This document shows, piece after piece, positions 14,072-28,251 of a stretch of 64,000 nucleotides of DNA. The position numbers were made by a program, and so were the translations under genes. Each line of letters starts with the position of its first letter. Within the stretch, counting starts at the first letter, position 1. The notes under the pieces are model-generated. The model was not told where the DNA came from. It made no database searches and worked only from the letters and a program-made list of their open reading frames with translations. This stretch comes from Cystobasidiomycetes sp. EMM_F5 (lineage: Eukaryota), in assembly GCA_051047955.1 (NCBI GenBank), contig JBPGPT010000001.1:620001-684000 (forward strand), in the 5' to 3' direction.

Positions 14072-14367
14072 GGTGAAGGAGTTGGTATCGAAGCACTGCG
14101 AGGACCTGGAGGGGACTGTCGCTTATTGTAAGGCATAAAGAATCCAGGTCGTGAAAAGCAGCCTGAGCAGCACGGCGGACGACCCCGTAAATGTGCAATT
14201 CCAGCAGCTTTGTTATGCGAGCCAGCGAGGTATTCAGTCCATACTTGAGCAGCAATCATGGCCATTTTCGACGCAACATGTTTATAACATAAATCTGTAG
14301 CAAGCCAAGCACCGGCGTTTACGCAAATCCAACACACGCAACCATGACCAGACCCTAGCATTCAGCC

Positions 14368-17300
14368 ATGTCGCGCAGAATGCACCGACCATGCCAGCTG
14401 GCCAGGCTGCTAATCCTGCTGGCTTGCCTGGTGGGCGCTGTCCTGGCCGTCATCGAGAGCGAAGAAGGGCAGTATGTCAAGGCTAGCGACAGTGCTGAGC
14501 CTGCAGCTCTGCCTCCAGTGGTCGACCGAGCTCGCGAAGGTGTGCAGATTGTACTGGAGTGCTTGAATCTCATGCTGACGCTTTAGTATTGATGTGCCGT
14601 ATTGACTGCATTATTGGAAACGGCCGGTCTCGACAGCCGAACGGTTGTATGCATCGTCAATGAAGATTCTTGCAACGCTCAAGGCTCGTAGTGAGGCGGC
14701 TCAACTGGCCTCGCAAGCCGCTGCTTCGTCATCGGGTATCAAGAACACCCTGTACACGTCAAAGGATACGGTCCAAGGCCTCTCGTATGGCGATAGTACT
14801 CTGCTCAGACCCGTTACCGAAACTCCGTTACTCGACTATCTCGAGGAGAAGTTGTCGAGTAGAACCAGCTTTCTTGCCAGGTTACTCCGATTGTACCGGC
14901 GCATGACCGGCCGTTGGTCTCAGAACCACGCCAGCTACAAGTCGGCCCAGTCATCTAAGCAATCATCTTCAGCTTCTCCGCCTACACCGTCTGATAAAGC
15001 CAAACCGGAGACTTCGGCCGCCACGTCTCACGGCTTCATGGGCAGACTCGCCGCCGTCAAGAACATCAATATTGCGCCATCCAAGCGAAGAGATTCCGTG
15101 CACAACCAACAGACAAGAGCTGCTGCTGCTCTAGCAGTCGAGCGGCTGGAGAAAGCTTACGAGCTTGGCAAAATTGAGGCTGGCTTGATCCTTGCAGATC
15201 TGTATTTGGTGAGGAAGGATGCGTTTGTATCATCGACGATAGCTGAATTGCCATACATCGTACAGTGGGGACGTTACTCTTTACCCTCAAATGCGACAGA
15301 AGCATACTTGTACTATTCCGCAGTCGCTGGAGTCTCTGGTGACCCTTATGCGCAATATATGACAGGCTTTCTACACAGCACGAACTACGGAACAGCGACC
15401 TCGCCCGATACATCCTCTCCGGCTCAGAGGGAGGGAGAAGGCGATCAGGGAGCTGCAATACTGCACTACACTTTTGCAGCTCTGGCTGGGCAGGCAGAAG
15501 CGGAGATGACGATGGGTTATCGTCATTGGGTCGGAGTCGGTGCCAAGCAGCAATGTCAGGATGCATTACCGTGGTACAAGAGTGCTGCAGACAAGTCAAT
15601 AGCTCACTTCAAGACTGGGCCACCTGGGGGTCGCCATCTGCCACCACAGAAATTACGCTTGGCTGATGTGCAGGGTGGAGCATACGGACCTGGAGCATCG
15701 GCCACTACTTCTGGACACAGTGGTCACCATCATCATCACAGTCACAGTAACCATCATCACCCAACTACAGAGCGAGAGTGGGAGGATGTACTCGAATTCT
15801 ACCACTTCCACGCCGAGAGAGGCGATGCATCATTCATGTTTCGCATAGGCAGGATATACTATCAAGGTTTCAATCCAATAGCCTCTAGAGGCGGCGGCTC
15901 ACATCAGAATGGCGGACGCGATTTCGCAAGAGCGCTGAGATGGTTCACTCGGATAGCTCGCACGGTCTGGCCGCGTGATCCTATAGCCGCCTACGTCAAT
16001 CCAGCACTCGCAACACCTCCAATACGTCCGCCAGGCGTTTTGAGTACTGGTCCTGCCCGTCAAAGCTCTCAGGATAAAATAGCATTCTATGATGTCAGCA
16101 AGGATGTCAAACTGAAAGTAGAGGACCACCTCGCAATGGCGGCAGGATTAGCAGCAGGATATCTCGGTCGTATGTATCTACGAGGCGAGGGGTTTCCAGA
16201 GCAAGACTACGCAAGAGCATTTCTTTGGTTTCAGCGGGGCATTGGACAGGTACGCGTGGCTGCCGATGTGCCTCCTTCCTGACATTATCTGATCCGAGAG
16301 TATATATATTCAGGGCGATCGTGAGTCACACAACGGTCTAGGCATCATGTATCGAGACGGTCTTGGCGTTCCGAAAGACTCGCAAAAAGCGCTTTCTCAC
16401 TTTCAAACGGCAGCAGCGGCCGATCATGCCGAGGCTCAAGTGAACCTCGGGAAGTACCACTTCTGTAAGCAATTTATGTTTTACATAACTTTTGTCGACG
16501 ACTTTGGCTGACTGAAGGCGAAATCGCCTATAGACCGCAGCGAATACGTCCAGGCAGCTACACAATTCGAGGCCGCTTTGCGCCATGGCGATGGACTCCA
16601 AGCATACTATTACCTCGCAGAAATCAATTCTCATGCGCCGAACCGTCCAGATCTGTGCCCGATAGCAACCGCTTTCTACAAGATCGTAGCAGAGCGAGGC
16701 GACTGGCTTACCGCTACACCGTGGTGGGAAGCTGAATTGGCTTGGAGTCGGGGAGACGCAATTCGCGCTTTGCTGGGATATTGGGTGATGGCGGAACGCG
16801 GTTACGAGGTGGCGCAAAACAATGTCGCTTGGATTCTGGACCAGGGTGAGTCGACTGGGTTTTGGACGGGGTGCGCACCGTTATTGACGCTGTTCTCACT
16901 TGAAACAGACAAACAGCTTATAACTTTACCATTTTATGACCTTCGCCTCGATAATATTACTGAGCGACTGGCTCTCATCTTTTGGACTCGATCTGCGGCT
17001 CAGGATAACTTCGATGCTCTCGTCAAGATGGGAGACTACTATTTGAAGGGTCTAGGCGTACCTTCTGGTATACCACAACCTGAAAAGGCGGCAGCCTGTT
17101 ACGCAAGCGCGGCAAATTCGCACGTGTCCAGCTTGGCGATGCACAATCTGGGGTGGATGCATGAGAATGGCATCGGTGTGTCTCAAGACTTCCACCTCGC
17201 CAAGCGGTACTACGATCTCAGTTTGGAGACAAACAATGAGGCATATCTGCCAGTCACGCTGTCAATCCTGAAATTGCAGATACGTTCGCTGTACAAAGCC

Positions 17301-17984
17301 ATAATAGCGGGTGACATCAAGGCCATCTCGCTTTTCGTCTCCAATGATTATGAGGACAGCGCCGACAACACGGAGAGCGGCGACGCGTCCGCAATAGGAG
17401 TGAAGAAGCCTTGGCTTTGGTCATGGCGACGCCTACGAGACGAGTTTTTCAAGCGATGGGTTGGAGAGGAGATGGCTCGTCAAGAAGCGCAGCGTCAAAT
17501 ACAGGAACGTGAGGCAGGTATTGAGGGTGTCGCTCAGCAGAATACTGCCACTCCTGGCGGTGAAGCAGCATCAACCAATACCGGCACGGTTAACAATGTC
17601 CATGCTCAGAAGGCTCGCGCAAGTCTCGAAGCGCAAGACGATCCTGTTGAATGGGCGAGGAGACAACGGGACGACATGCTTTTGCAGGCGCAACAAGATG
17701 AATTCGCAGATGATTTGGAAACGCCAGACTTTTTTGGGGATACCATTGGAGGAAGGGGGATTGGAGGAGGCGATGATCTCTTAGAAACAGTGGCCATCAT
17801 TGGCTTGTGCCTTGTATTGGGATGGCTCGTCTACATTCGACAAGCAAGATACGATGGAGCCAGAGCACAACGACCTCCGGCCGCTGCAGTCGCCGCGCAG
17901 GCTGTCGCGGGCGCCCAAGTACGGGATGCAGCCGAAGTCTTGGCTGACGGACAGCCTTTAGCAGCTCCGCCCGGGGCTGGGTAG
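14368..17984 (+). CDS. HRD3: ERAD E3 ligase adaptor Hrd3/SEL1L (SEL1 repeats)
   Basis: Signal peptide, SEL1 repeats (AEMTMGYRHWVG, LGRMYLRGEG, ALVKMGDYYLKG, NLGWMHENGIGVSQDFHLAKRYYD), AERGYEVAQNNVAW and a C-terminal TM helix. Confidence 0.92.
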
Positions 17985-20103
17985 GAACAGAATTTGAAGA
18001 AGATTTGCAGTGTTGTAGCAGTAGCTAAAATAATGAATTGTAAACTATGTTGTCGATCGTCATGGTTGAAATGCAGGGCTGTATTGCAACTTGGTGTGCA
18101 TTGACTATTGCTCCTGTGCTGACTGAATGGATATTGCAAGGGTCTAAGCTGCGATTTGCACACTCACACCGAATGAGTAGGCAGATGTTATCCTTATCAT
18201 GCTACGACGCCAGTTCGAACGGTTCTCCTTCGGCGTCGATAGCTGCTCGTGAGGTTTGCATCTGCTAAAACCGCGTACCGGCGGGGCGGAGCGCTGTATG
18301 TAGATTGAAATTCTGCCTGTAGTTTCACCACCTCCTTTCCGAGACTATTGTGATTGTGTCTATATCGCAGTACTTGCACCGTATACGCTAACGCCAATTC
18401 CGCGACCTCGATTTCTGCATGAAGCTCAAGACTCTTCGTCATGGCTGAATCAAATCGAGCTTGTGTAATGAAAGTCTGGTAAGAATCCAGTAAATGCAAG
18501 CTCATTAAGCTCACCTTTTGTATCAGATATAAAGGCCTGCTCGAGATAGTTTCGCATTCCGAAAGCTCTCACGCCCATGCAGCCTTCTAGATTGCCAATA
18601 GCGTCTCTGAAAGCAAAGTAGTTATCGTAATCGATGCCGCCGCGAGCGCGTGTGTCTCTAATTTCACCCATAAGATCAGTGTGGGTCGAACTTTGTACGC
18701 CTATGTCCCCATGGGTGATGGATGTCTCCGTTGAGCTTGACGTGGTTGACGACGACGTACGACGGCTGAGAGGTGGCCACGAGGTAAAGAACAGCACAAA
18801 GCATCAGCCTGCGCTCGCTGCAAGAGGTGAGCTCAGGTCGGCACTGACGCGATATGGCGATTCGCCTGCGATACATAAGTTTCAGGAGGGCCAGGTCGCC
18901 ATGCTATCGGGATCAATGAGATCATAGCCGAACGTTGTCTGATGGTGTTTGAGTGTGGTATCGGTGCTGTTGTAGTTGGTTGTGGTTGCGTTGCTGTGTG
19001 AGTTGCCGGAGCCCGCCTCACCCTGATATTCGCGCGCTGTGATTCTGTGGACGGTCGTAAAGTGGACATGCTACCGAGCGCTGCGACACTCGAGGATATG
19101 CCGGATGAGATGTAACAATATGATGGTTCGTGAAGGAAGAGAGCCAAGAAATAGTACGATCTTGCGAGTCAGAGCATTTAGGGAACGGTGAGGCAATACT
19201 ACAGGGTCACGGCGATGTTCTTTGTCGTGTTCAAGAAAGAAAGCTCTGTCAGTGCTGTGGTGGTTGTTGGTGACCTGCTCGACTTCATAGCCCCCATTAT
19301 CGTCACCGGAATGGGATACTGTCAGTGAGGGTAATGACAGCGAATGGCAATCTCGCCGGGCGCCAGCAGGGCCGACTTGGGAGAGGCCACCAATATTTCA
19401 TGGAAGACGAGGCCTGCACATGTCACAGCTTGGGCCAGTAGTCTCGTGTCTTATCGGCTTGGCCGGAGCCACATAACCGCTGAACATGGTCACAAAGATG
19501 ATTGTGCAGGCTGGAGAGACTCGACAGCTTCGACATTGTAAGCGAAGGGGTAGAGAGCGTCAACAGGTGTGCATCGACAGCGAGCGGGAGCCAACTGTGG
19601 TACAGACGGCAGGTGTCAACCCCGGGACAGACTGCGATCGTTGGCATTGATGTCTACACATGTGCATCAGCATGGTGTGGTAGAGGCGACCTGCGTGCCG
19701 AACATGCGCAAATCCAGCACACAGAGACAGGTCAGCTCATGCGCAACGAGAGCGAAGATGGGAAAATATGCGAAAGGAGATTCTGCAAAAGAACCTAGAC
19801 TAGACATTCACGTGGTGCGGAGCGGTTGGCCCTGCTGACGGTAAAGTCGTCGTGAACTCCATCATGGTTAAAAGAGAACAAGCGGCGGCATGGCAGCCGA
19901 GCTGAAACTACGACTACGTCCACCCTTCCATCCATTCATCTACGCGCGAAAGCTGACTGCACATGCCATTGCGATGCCATCTTGCGGTGCAGCCAGCTGT
20001 GCATCGAACGGGGTGTTCGGAAATTTGAGTCAGCTCCCTGCTGCCAATCTACACTTATTCATCTTGTGCAGCTGACACGCCAACTAGCATTCCACTTCTA
20101 CCT

Positions 20104-21207
20104 ATGCGCGCACTGATTCCTCCAATGATGCAGATGCGCCTGCGCATGCGTCTCCCCAATTTCCGTAGAGTACCCTATATCATGGTACCCCGCCGACTGC
20201 GCAGGATGCCATCCCCGACCGCGAATGCTCACTCGTACTCTTTGCCGCACCATCATGGAAACCGTGCACCTTTCGTCCCGCTGATACTGCCGGCAGCTGG
20301 CATATCGCAGCCATACCTGCTTGCATCGCAACCCAGTGGCAGTCCACAGGCAACGCCATATCGTTCGACCACGATGAAGTATCAGGCTCGAGAACCTGTG
20401 ATCAACCTGCCTATACGCGAAAGACAACTGCGGTCTCTGCTCGCAGGTATCGCTGAAAGGCCGAGAAACCCGTCCGTTCAGATAGGGAAGCCACCAAATG
20501 TCAACGGACACCGAGGCGCAACAATCACGACGTCGGTCACCAAAGCACCTCCAGCCAAGTTGGCTCTGCCTCACTCAATGGTATCCAATAGTTTGCCAAC
20601 TCGGCAGCCTTCGTCTGTCAAAACAGCAACAGCCAGTTCCAATAGATCTATTCCGGCCGTTGCGTCTACTTTGGCCACAAGGCCAATTCCGAAGCTGCAG
20701 CGGAGTCAGACGATTGGTACGATGAAGCCGGCTTCTCAAGTAATGCACCGATCTCCCAGCTTAGCATCAAAAGCATTCGCAACCAAAAATAAGGCCCCGC
20801 CTGTACCGATGGCAGCTGTACGACAAGCAAGTTCTGCGCCTTCACCGGCTTTGAAACCGCTCAAACGCTCAGTGACCGAGCCCAACATGTCACTGCCGCC
20901 TTCATTGAAGGCTGCGTTACCGCCGGCTGGTCCAAGACAGCCGACGCAACCTCCGATCAGGACCCGGACAGACACAATATCGCATCAATGGAGACCATCA
21001 GAGGGCGATGAGGTGGTGTACTGCGGACGCTCGGCGTACGTGTGGTCTTTGCCTGCCGCGTTGACATCGTCCAACAAGCTCACCATCAGAATGGTCGACA
21101 CTGGAGAAATGATTAAAGCGGGTCTGGCTGAAGTTAAGGAGCCTGCGACACGCCGAGCTGTAGATCCAGCCGGAAGACAGGCCGTTGTGATTGATGACTG
21201 CCTATAA
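20104..21207 (+). CDS. Hypothetical protein: low-complexity Pro/Ser/Thr region plus a short C-terminal beta-rich (KOW/SH3-like) segment; upstream exons may extend to about 19.3 kb
   Basis: 367-aa ORF ending WRPSEGDEVVYCGRSAYVWSLP...LTIRMVDTGEMIKAGLAEVKEP. No family recognised. Confidence 0.55.
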   Translation: MRALIPPMMQMRLRMRLPNFRRVPYIMVPRRLRRMPSPTANAHSYSLPHHHGNRAPFVPLILPAAGISQPYLLASQPSGSPQATPYRSTTMKYQAREPVINLPIRERQLRSLLAGIAERPRNPSVQIGKPPNVNGHRGATITTSVTKAPPAKLALPHSMVSNSLPTRQPSSVKTATASSNRSIPAVASTLATRPIPKLQRSQTIGTMKPASQVMHRSPSLASKAFATKNKAPPVPMAAVRQASSAPSPALKPLKRSVTEPNMSLPPSLKAALPPAGPRQPTQPPIRTRTDTISHQWRPSEGDEVVYCGRSAYVWSLPAALTSSNKLTIRMVDTGEMIKAGLAEVKEPATRRAVDPAGRQAVVIDDCL

Positions 21208-21271
21208 CAACCTTAGTTCTGATGCTTTCGATACTACCACTTCGAGAGTCATGCTACAGCATCTAAAAATC

Positions 21272-23440
21272 CTAAACACGGCGAGAGTTTCCAACAGGCT
21301 GACCTTGCTGCTGTATTTGCTCCAAAGCCCTGGCGTTGCGCCGGTATGCATTCCAATACGCATCGGTCATCGAGTCAAACCTCCTCTGTACTTTCGGGGC
21401 GTCTAGATGGGTTTTGCAACTGTCGATATGCTGGCGATAGGTAGCAATCGCCAACTCCTGGCGTAACTGCTTGTCCCTTCCAGTTGCTTTCCAGAACCGT
21501 TCTGTCACAAGAGGCACAGGCAAGTATTACAGTCGTATATCGACGATCTGAACAGGCAGAACCTACCTCGCACATCTGCGACAAATAAATTTGTCAGATA
21601 CTTGTGCGCCAAAAAATCGCTGATACCGTGACTTTTCAGATTGTCGATATCAGCCGACAGCCGAGTGTAATCTGCAGCCTTAAGTCCACCGTCTTTGTGA
21701 GCGGAGTGGATCCTTCTAGCTCCCGTCGTCCAATAGGTCTATTTTGTGGAGAATGTGGGATAACAGCAAGTGGATTCGGGTTTGCTAGCGGAACAGATGC
21801 TGACGTCACGACCGGTGCTACTGGTCTATGAGCACCGTACGTTCCGCGAGGTACGAGCGGATTCATACTGATTGAAACGAGATGTACGGCAGTGCCGAAA
21901 AAGTGTTATCGAATGGAGCTGTTGAAAGAGTAGGAGACAGGAGAGGATTGATGCATAGGTCGACGGATCCTTTTTCAAAGAAATAATTGCGGTCAAGGCC
22001 ATGTTGTCAATGCTGTGTCTTTGTCGTCCGAACTGCACGTAATTGGCTCCCCTTGTCCTCCCAAGTCGGTTCAGTGTAAGTCAGCGCGTTCGTCGAACAA
22101 TTTCATCTTGTAAACCAACTAAGCGGACTTCCGAACCACGTCACGTCTAACAAGGGGAGCAATATATACATATTGAGTAGTGCACATCGGTGTCTAATGG
22201 ACGGAAGTCCAAACAACTGGGAGGGACAAACAGGATTGGGGGACTTTATAAAGCTATTAGTGTTGTCTGCGAAATCTCGGAGGTCCTGGACGAAATGAAC
22301 TAAATTTCGAGTGTATGGCACCAGCGCCCACGAATATCTGTCCAAGCAATGTGAAATCGGTTGCGACTGGTCTATCAGCTGATCAGTTCTTGAGAGGTTC
22401 AAGTCAACGTCATGTTGGAATAAACTGCAGACAATCTTGAATTACAGCATACACAGGTTGTTACACGCAGGCGAGCAACGATGCCATCGGCAGCCAATAT
22501 TTCTTGGCTTCGCAGCAGGATGAGCAGTGTTCTCTCTCATTTGTGGCTGAGCGGGACATGTAAGATCAATTTGCTAGGACCATATAATGTGGGGGCCAAC
22601 GGCAACTGGCGGGTGTATCGGAGAGCCTGTCCACATACCATTAATAACTGCATCAGTGCTGAATTCCAACGCACGGGAGCGCACACGCTTTACCCGTAAT
22701 GTCAGCAAGTTGTTCAAATGGGGTGGTTTCGCCACGCGCTCTGCGTCGAGATCGCGCGACCTCCTCGACCTCCTGTAGCGCTTGTTGTTGTAGGATTTCA
22801 ATCGTTCGAGGGAGCGTTTGCCACTTCTTCTGAAATTCCAAACGCATGTTGTCCAATGTTCTGAGTTCTTTGTTACCCCAAAAAGTCCTTTATGTCAACA
22901 AGGCATTGTTTGCCAGGCAGCCTCTTTGGAGAAAAGCGATCTCGAGCTCCGCGGCTACTTTGTTGTTATTACGAAGAGCACGAGTGAATCGTCCTGTGGG
23001 TCCATGGCATCCAGCTTCCCGCTAAAACGCCTCTGCTTAATCCGCCTACCTGAGATTCCATCTAGAAAGCGCCGATTAAGGTGAATGACCAAAACCTTGA
23101 CTGATAAGCCATAGCAGGTTTGCACCCGATGAGCATCGTTGAAAAGTTTCTCGTAATCGCGTCCATCGAGACCGCCTTGCCTATGTAGTCGTTCTATTTC
23201 TGCATTGACTTGCTGCATCCCGACCGACACAGCTGTTCCATTCGATGAGATGAGCGTTGATCACGCGTGAAATAGCATGCCATACGTACCAGTTCCGCTA
23301 GCAGTATTGCCCCGAACAGCTTCCTGGTTGTCAGTGGAGTCTCGGCGCCGAGTGGTAACACCTCTCTGCATGCGCGGGGGAACTTTTGAGGTCTGGCTTT
23401 GGCCCTGAACAACTGCAGGACGGGCTTGTCTGTTGGTCAT
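21272..23440 (-). CDS. Hypothetical multi-exon orphan protein
   Basis: ATG 23440 gives MTNRQARPAVVQ..., then a GTACGT...CAG intron joining VGMQQVNAEIERLH. Further protein-like exon fragments run down to ...GQPVGNSRRV* at 21272. The full exon chain was not resolved. Confidence 0.45.
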
Positions 23441-24160
23441 GTTTGCAGGAGGTCTGATAATGTAGCGACGAGAAACGGCGAGGTGAGGACAGAGGAGATG
23501 TGTTGTGAGGGCAGAGTAGACACAGTAGAAGCGCGCTTTAAGATAAGCGATTCAAGGACAGCTGATCGTCTGGCGGTCCGACTCGCGCGGTACTGGCTGT
23601 GCAGGCATGTGCCCCGTCTGCTGAGATACCCGTGAGAGTCAAGGTCTGCTGATCATTTCAGTCATTAATTCCCATGGCAGCTCTGGTAGCGTACGACGAG
23701 TTGTAGTGAAGAACATGGCAAGCTCTTGAGAGTTCTAGAAGTAAAGATCGTCTCAATGCGACGTTTGACAGCGTCGCAAGTGCAACGCAATCGCCCTGAA
23801 TAGTGCTGTAACTCCGTACTCAGCTCGCAAAATCACATAAAACAGCTTCCAGGATGATAGCGGCCATTAACTGTGGCGAATGACACGAGCGCAGCAGAGT
23901 CGATCCGATTCGTCGTTTTTGCGAGTATTACCTCTATCAGCTCGAATACACGAACGAATCACCCCACTGGCAGGTAGAAGAGTTGGCTGTTAGCATGCTG
24001 TCTCAGTCTGCTTCTTGGTCAGTAATGAGAAGTAATGGAGGGCGCAGTATCTTTACCCGCGCCTTTGCTACAGATAGGTTACGGACTCTCTCATATGTGC
24101 CTATGTGCTACAAGAACGTACCATGCCAGAAGAGAGTGCTTAGATAAACGAGTATTGATT

Positions 24161-26407
24161 TCAGGCCAGTCTTGGGGGAATAGGCGGTGGCGCTGGGTTA
24201 CTATTGTACCTCGATTGGACGTTGCCTGGCGACCCGCTCTGCTGAGTATCGACTGCTGACGAAAAGCCTCTGCTTGAATTATTACCGAACCATGTCTGGA
24301 CAGCAGCAGGTAGCGAGCCTTGCCTACCAGACAGCGGATTTTGCGAGGGAGTCGTGGGAGATCGCATACTTTCCGCTTCCAGTTTCTCAAACGAGTCAAC
24401 CTGGAGACGCTGACCGTCTTTCTCATCGACTACGATAAGATTGCCCTTCTCATCGCGTTCTGTATGCTTATCTTGCAGACCAGCATCGTCGAGCACGACT
24501 TCACGTCCGTCCTTCATACGTGCTTTGATGGCTCCTTTGCCAACACGCTTGAGAAGGGCGCGATGCATCACTCCACGAGCATCGACGTAGACAAGAACCA
24601 CATTTGACCCAATTCCAGTGACTTGATTTGCCAGATCACGCGCCTCGTCACCGAAGCGGTGTTGGACAACCTCATTGGTAGACTGCCGTGAAGTGTCCAA
24701 TAGGTGCTTCCCGCTGCACGAACAGACACAGAAGATCGCAATCGTCAGAGATGCGAAGGACAGTTCACTGCTGTTATACGAGACGCACCTCTTTTCGACA
24801 CCATCGATGACAGTCGTCACTGCCTGTAAACCTTCTTGAAACAAGCCCTTCATCTTGCCTACGCTGCTGTTGCCGGATACCTTTTGAGCTAGAGATGAAT
24901 GAGAACTCAGCTTTACCCCCTATCACATCGTGGCACAACTACGTATGGACGCACCCTGGCCATCCAAACCTAGTTGAGACACGCCTTTACTTCCATAAGT
25001 GACTGCTGTTGCTCCAACCTTCTCAGCGGCCGTCCCGATCATTCCAATTCCTTTACGAGCGATTCCGGCTGCTCCTTCCACCGTTCCAGCGACTGCTCCG
25101 ATGCTCTTTTTTGTAGTCGGCGAGAAGACCATCGGCGAGTCTGTCGCCCTCGTTCTAGCCTTATAGCCCGCTGCTGCAGAGCTGACAGACGAGCCTGCAT
25201 ACTCTGCCGCAAAGAGGATACCCCGTGAGACATACTCTGCTGCTCCTACGACTTTGGAGTTTGAACGACCGTAAGTGCTCGTGAGTTCTTGAAATGGTGA
25301 AACGCGTATCTCTCCACTGGTTGTCTGTGCACCCGATGCATCCGTTGGAAATTGCACTAAAACAGGATCTTGTGAAGATACTTGACCGGGTTGTTCGCCG
25401 GCTGCCACCATCTGAGCTTCATCAATATTGATCTGCTGGCTCAGCGGCCCAAGCACTTTGCCAGTGTTTTCGTCAATGAGCAATAGCTGCTGCCTAAAAT
25501 CCTGTGCTCGCAGTTCTGGAGTTGACGTTCCGGAAGCCTGATCGACAGCGGAAGTATCGGCAGCCAGTACGCCGACTCCGCTCGACGTCTGCTTGCGGAT
25601 AATGTTGTCGAGAATGGCATGTGAGCCACTGCGAGGCATGTCAAGCTCAATCTTCACGCAATTGCCTTGGCCATTGTCGATGACGTAGGAGTTGGGTTCA
25701 ATGAATGAAATGGTAGAATCTTGCGAGATGGGAAACTCAGTGTTGCGCACACAGAAGACGATGCCTTGGCTAGCTTGTCTCGGAGAAGGTGCGCGTGCGA
25801 GCGGGGATGAGCCAATATTTTGTGTGTTTAGATGAAGATTAGGGGTAGCGCCTTGTCTAATGACTGGCGATGGGAGACGGCCGATAGACCCAGCGACCGA
25901 GGTTGGCGACTCCGTTCCAGGTCGAGGAGGAGTAGCACTGTTGGAAATGGAGAGGGTATCAATGTTGGGTGTGCCGTACTGATTGTAAGAAGGCGGCTGC
26001 CCAGCTGCACTGCTTGTAGTAGATGCACCAGATATGCTGGATCTGAGTGTCCCGCCGGGGGGAAGTGGAGGAAGTCGTCTGGTTCCCGTTCCCGGTCCCG
26101 CGTCAGTACTGGAAGTCGGCGTCATTGCGCTACTCGGGGAAGAGGGAACGGGCGGCGGTGCTCTATCTATTCCTCTGGCTACAGGCTGCGAGTACTGTAC
26201 CTGGTACACTGCAAGCTCGCCCAGCGCGAGGAATGACCAGTTATCGCTCCCAATGTATTTCGAGGCTTTTGCGTTTGGAATCTGGAGAACGCAGTTGCGA
26301 GAGGAGGGCGACGAGGACGAGCTCGAGGCTGGTTGAGCTGCCATACCGGTCGATGGGCCACCGAGGCTCGTCCTGCCCATGCCGTTCATTGGTACTCTTG
26401 CGGCCAT
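24161..26407 (-). CDS. Spartin/senescence-domain protein
   Basis: Pro-rich N-terminus with PPSY, then LLLIDENTGKVLG and a senescence-domain-like region (VVQHRFGDEARDLA...VVLVYVDARGVMHRALLK). Confidence 0.75.
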
Positions 26408-26690
26408 ACTGCAATGCCTTGGCACAGAGGTTTGAAGCAGTGTCGGGTAATGGGAGACTGGGCCCTGGCAGCAGTGATGCAGATGTGTACCAGCAGATAG
26501 AAGAAGCTCGATTTTTAAGTCAATACTTGAGCAGGCTGCAGTCTGAACATTGCTTTTGAAATACCACTTTGCGCGTCATCGGTGTGATCATCATCATCCG
26601 CGGCGATATCGGACGATAGTTTCATTTTGTTTACTGATTACCAGGATAGGTCGTTACTTCTACGAGACGCCAACGCAAACCACCTCCATC

Positions 26691-27808
26691 ATGCCAGTCA
26701 TAGTGAGTAGTCTGCAAAGACCTTGGCATCAAACACTTCCTAATCGTTGTCGCCCCTGCAACAGGTTCGCAAAATCGACCCGCATGTCACGATATTCACA
26801 GTCCCGTATATTGGTTCGACATCGTCGTCACTGACCACACCCGGAGCTGACAAGTCGTCACCCAGATTTATGCGGTTCGGTCTCATTCCTGTCGGCGGCA
26901 GATCCACAGCAGTCAGTTGTCTACTCACGCTACATACCGATGCAGGTGTATACTGACTTTTAAACAGATCACAATGGCCAACGGAAATGTAGTCCTTTTT
27001 GCGTCGCACGGAAACGATGAAGCTACCCAAAACACTCTTCGAGACTTGCATGGACCGAATCAATCAGTCTCTCACATTGTGGCTTTGGACGCGGTTCACC
27101 AGCTCTATCTTTCGGTACATTACCTCCACCCGCATCCCAGACTGCATTATTTATACTGACCTTATCGACAATCTAGGACTACATCAAATCGTACCCGAAT
27201 GCCAAATTAGTAGGGCCCAAAGGTCTCGTCAAGAAGCGAAGCGATCTCAAGTTTGATCTCATCTTGCCGGATACTGGGCTGGACAAGGAGATGCAAGCGG
27301 AGTTTGATGCCATCCCGATGGCCGGTCATCCGAATGAGGTGCTGAGCATTTCATCTATTACATCTCGACGACGTGCTAAAGTCTAGAGCAATTGTCTCGT
27401 GTAGGACATCATCTTTCATCACCGTCCCTCTCGTACTTTAATCCAAGCCGATGTGCTTTTCAACCTCCCCGATCCCGACCAGACACCGAAATGGTCATTC
27501 ATTCCGTCATTCATGCTCCGAAGACTCACTCCGTACACGGGATTCCATAAGTTTGTTCTCAAAGCATTCAGTAAACCAGATCCCAGGTCAGTCTTTTTGA
27601 GCTTTTGCGATTTCCCTCGATAAATGCAAGCTGATGAAGCGCGTTGTCCAGTGGATTCGCTCAAGCTGCTCGTAGAGTATCAGCATTGGACTTTGTACGC
27701 ATCATTCCTTGCCACGGTGCAGTCATTGACGGTTCCACGACCGGCAAGTCTGCAAAGGACGCTTGGGATACGGCATTTTCCAAGATCTTGTCGACCAAGA
27801 ACGAGTAG
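26691..27808 (+). CDS. DUF4336-like (metallo-beta-lactamase-fold) protein, 7 exons
   Basis: The spliced product includes FTVPFMRFGLIPVGGRSTAI, HIVALDAVHQLYL, YPNAKLVGPKGL, DIIFHHRPSRTLIQADVLFNLP and LDFVRIIPCHG. Stop TAG at 27806-27808. Confidence 0.8.
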
Positions 27809-28251
27809 AACGGTAGTGTTTCGAAGGAGTTTGCAACTGGCCGAACGAGGAAATGTCGTTGTACGATGCAATGCAGCAGTTTTCAACATGGTTGTCGTCG
27901 TAGTGAAGCAGCGGCCGCAATGCCCGATGCCCATAAGCACAGACTTGACGAAGGTCAACACTTGGAGCATTGTGCACTTGCATGCGCACTGCATTGCATG
28001 CTGTTTGTGGCATCTATTGATACAAAGTGCAGATAAACCATGTTTCTGCTAAAAAGACTGACGAAGTAACGCATTGGATGTCGTGGCAGCAGCGTGAGAT
28101 TGAACCACACGTGCTGTAGCATGAGTATCATGTAAGGCGTGCGAAGTAACAGTTGATTGATATGACAGGGTAAGATTGCCCGACACCGCTTGTTTGGTGG
28201 TAAGAACGATAGATACCTTTTCCCAAACCCGTGAGATACTTCGCCGAGTCT

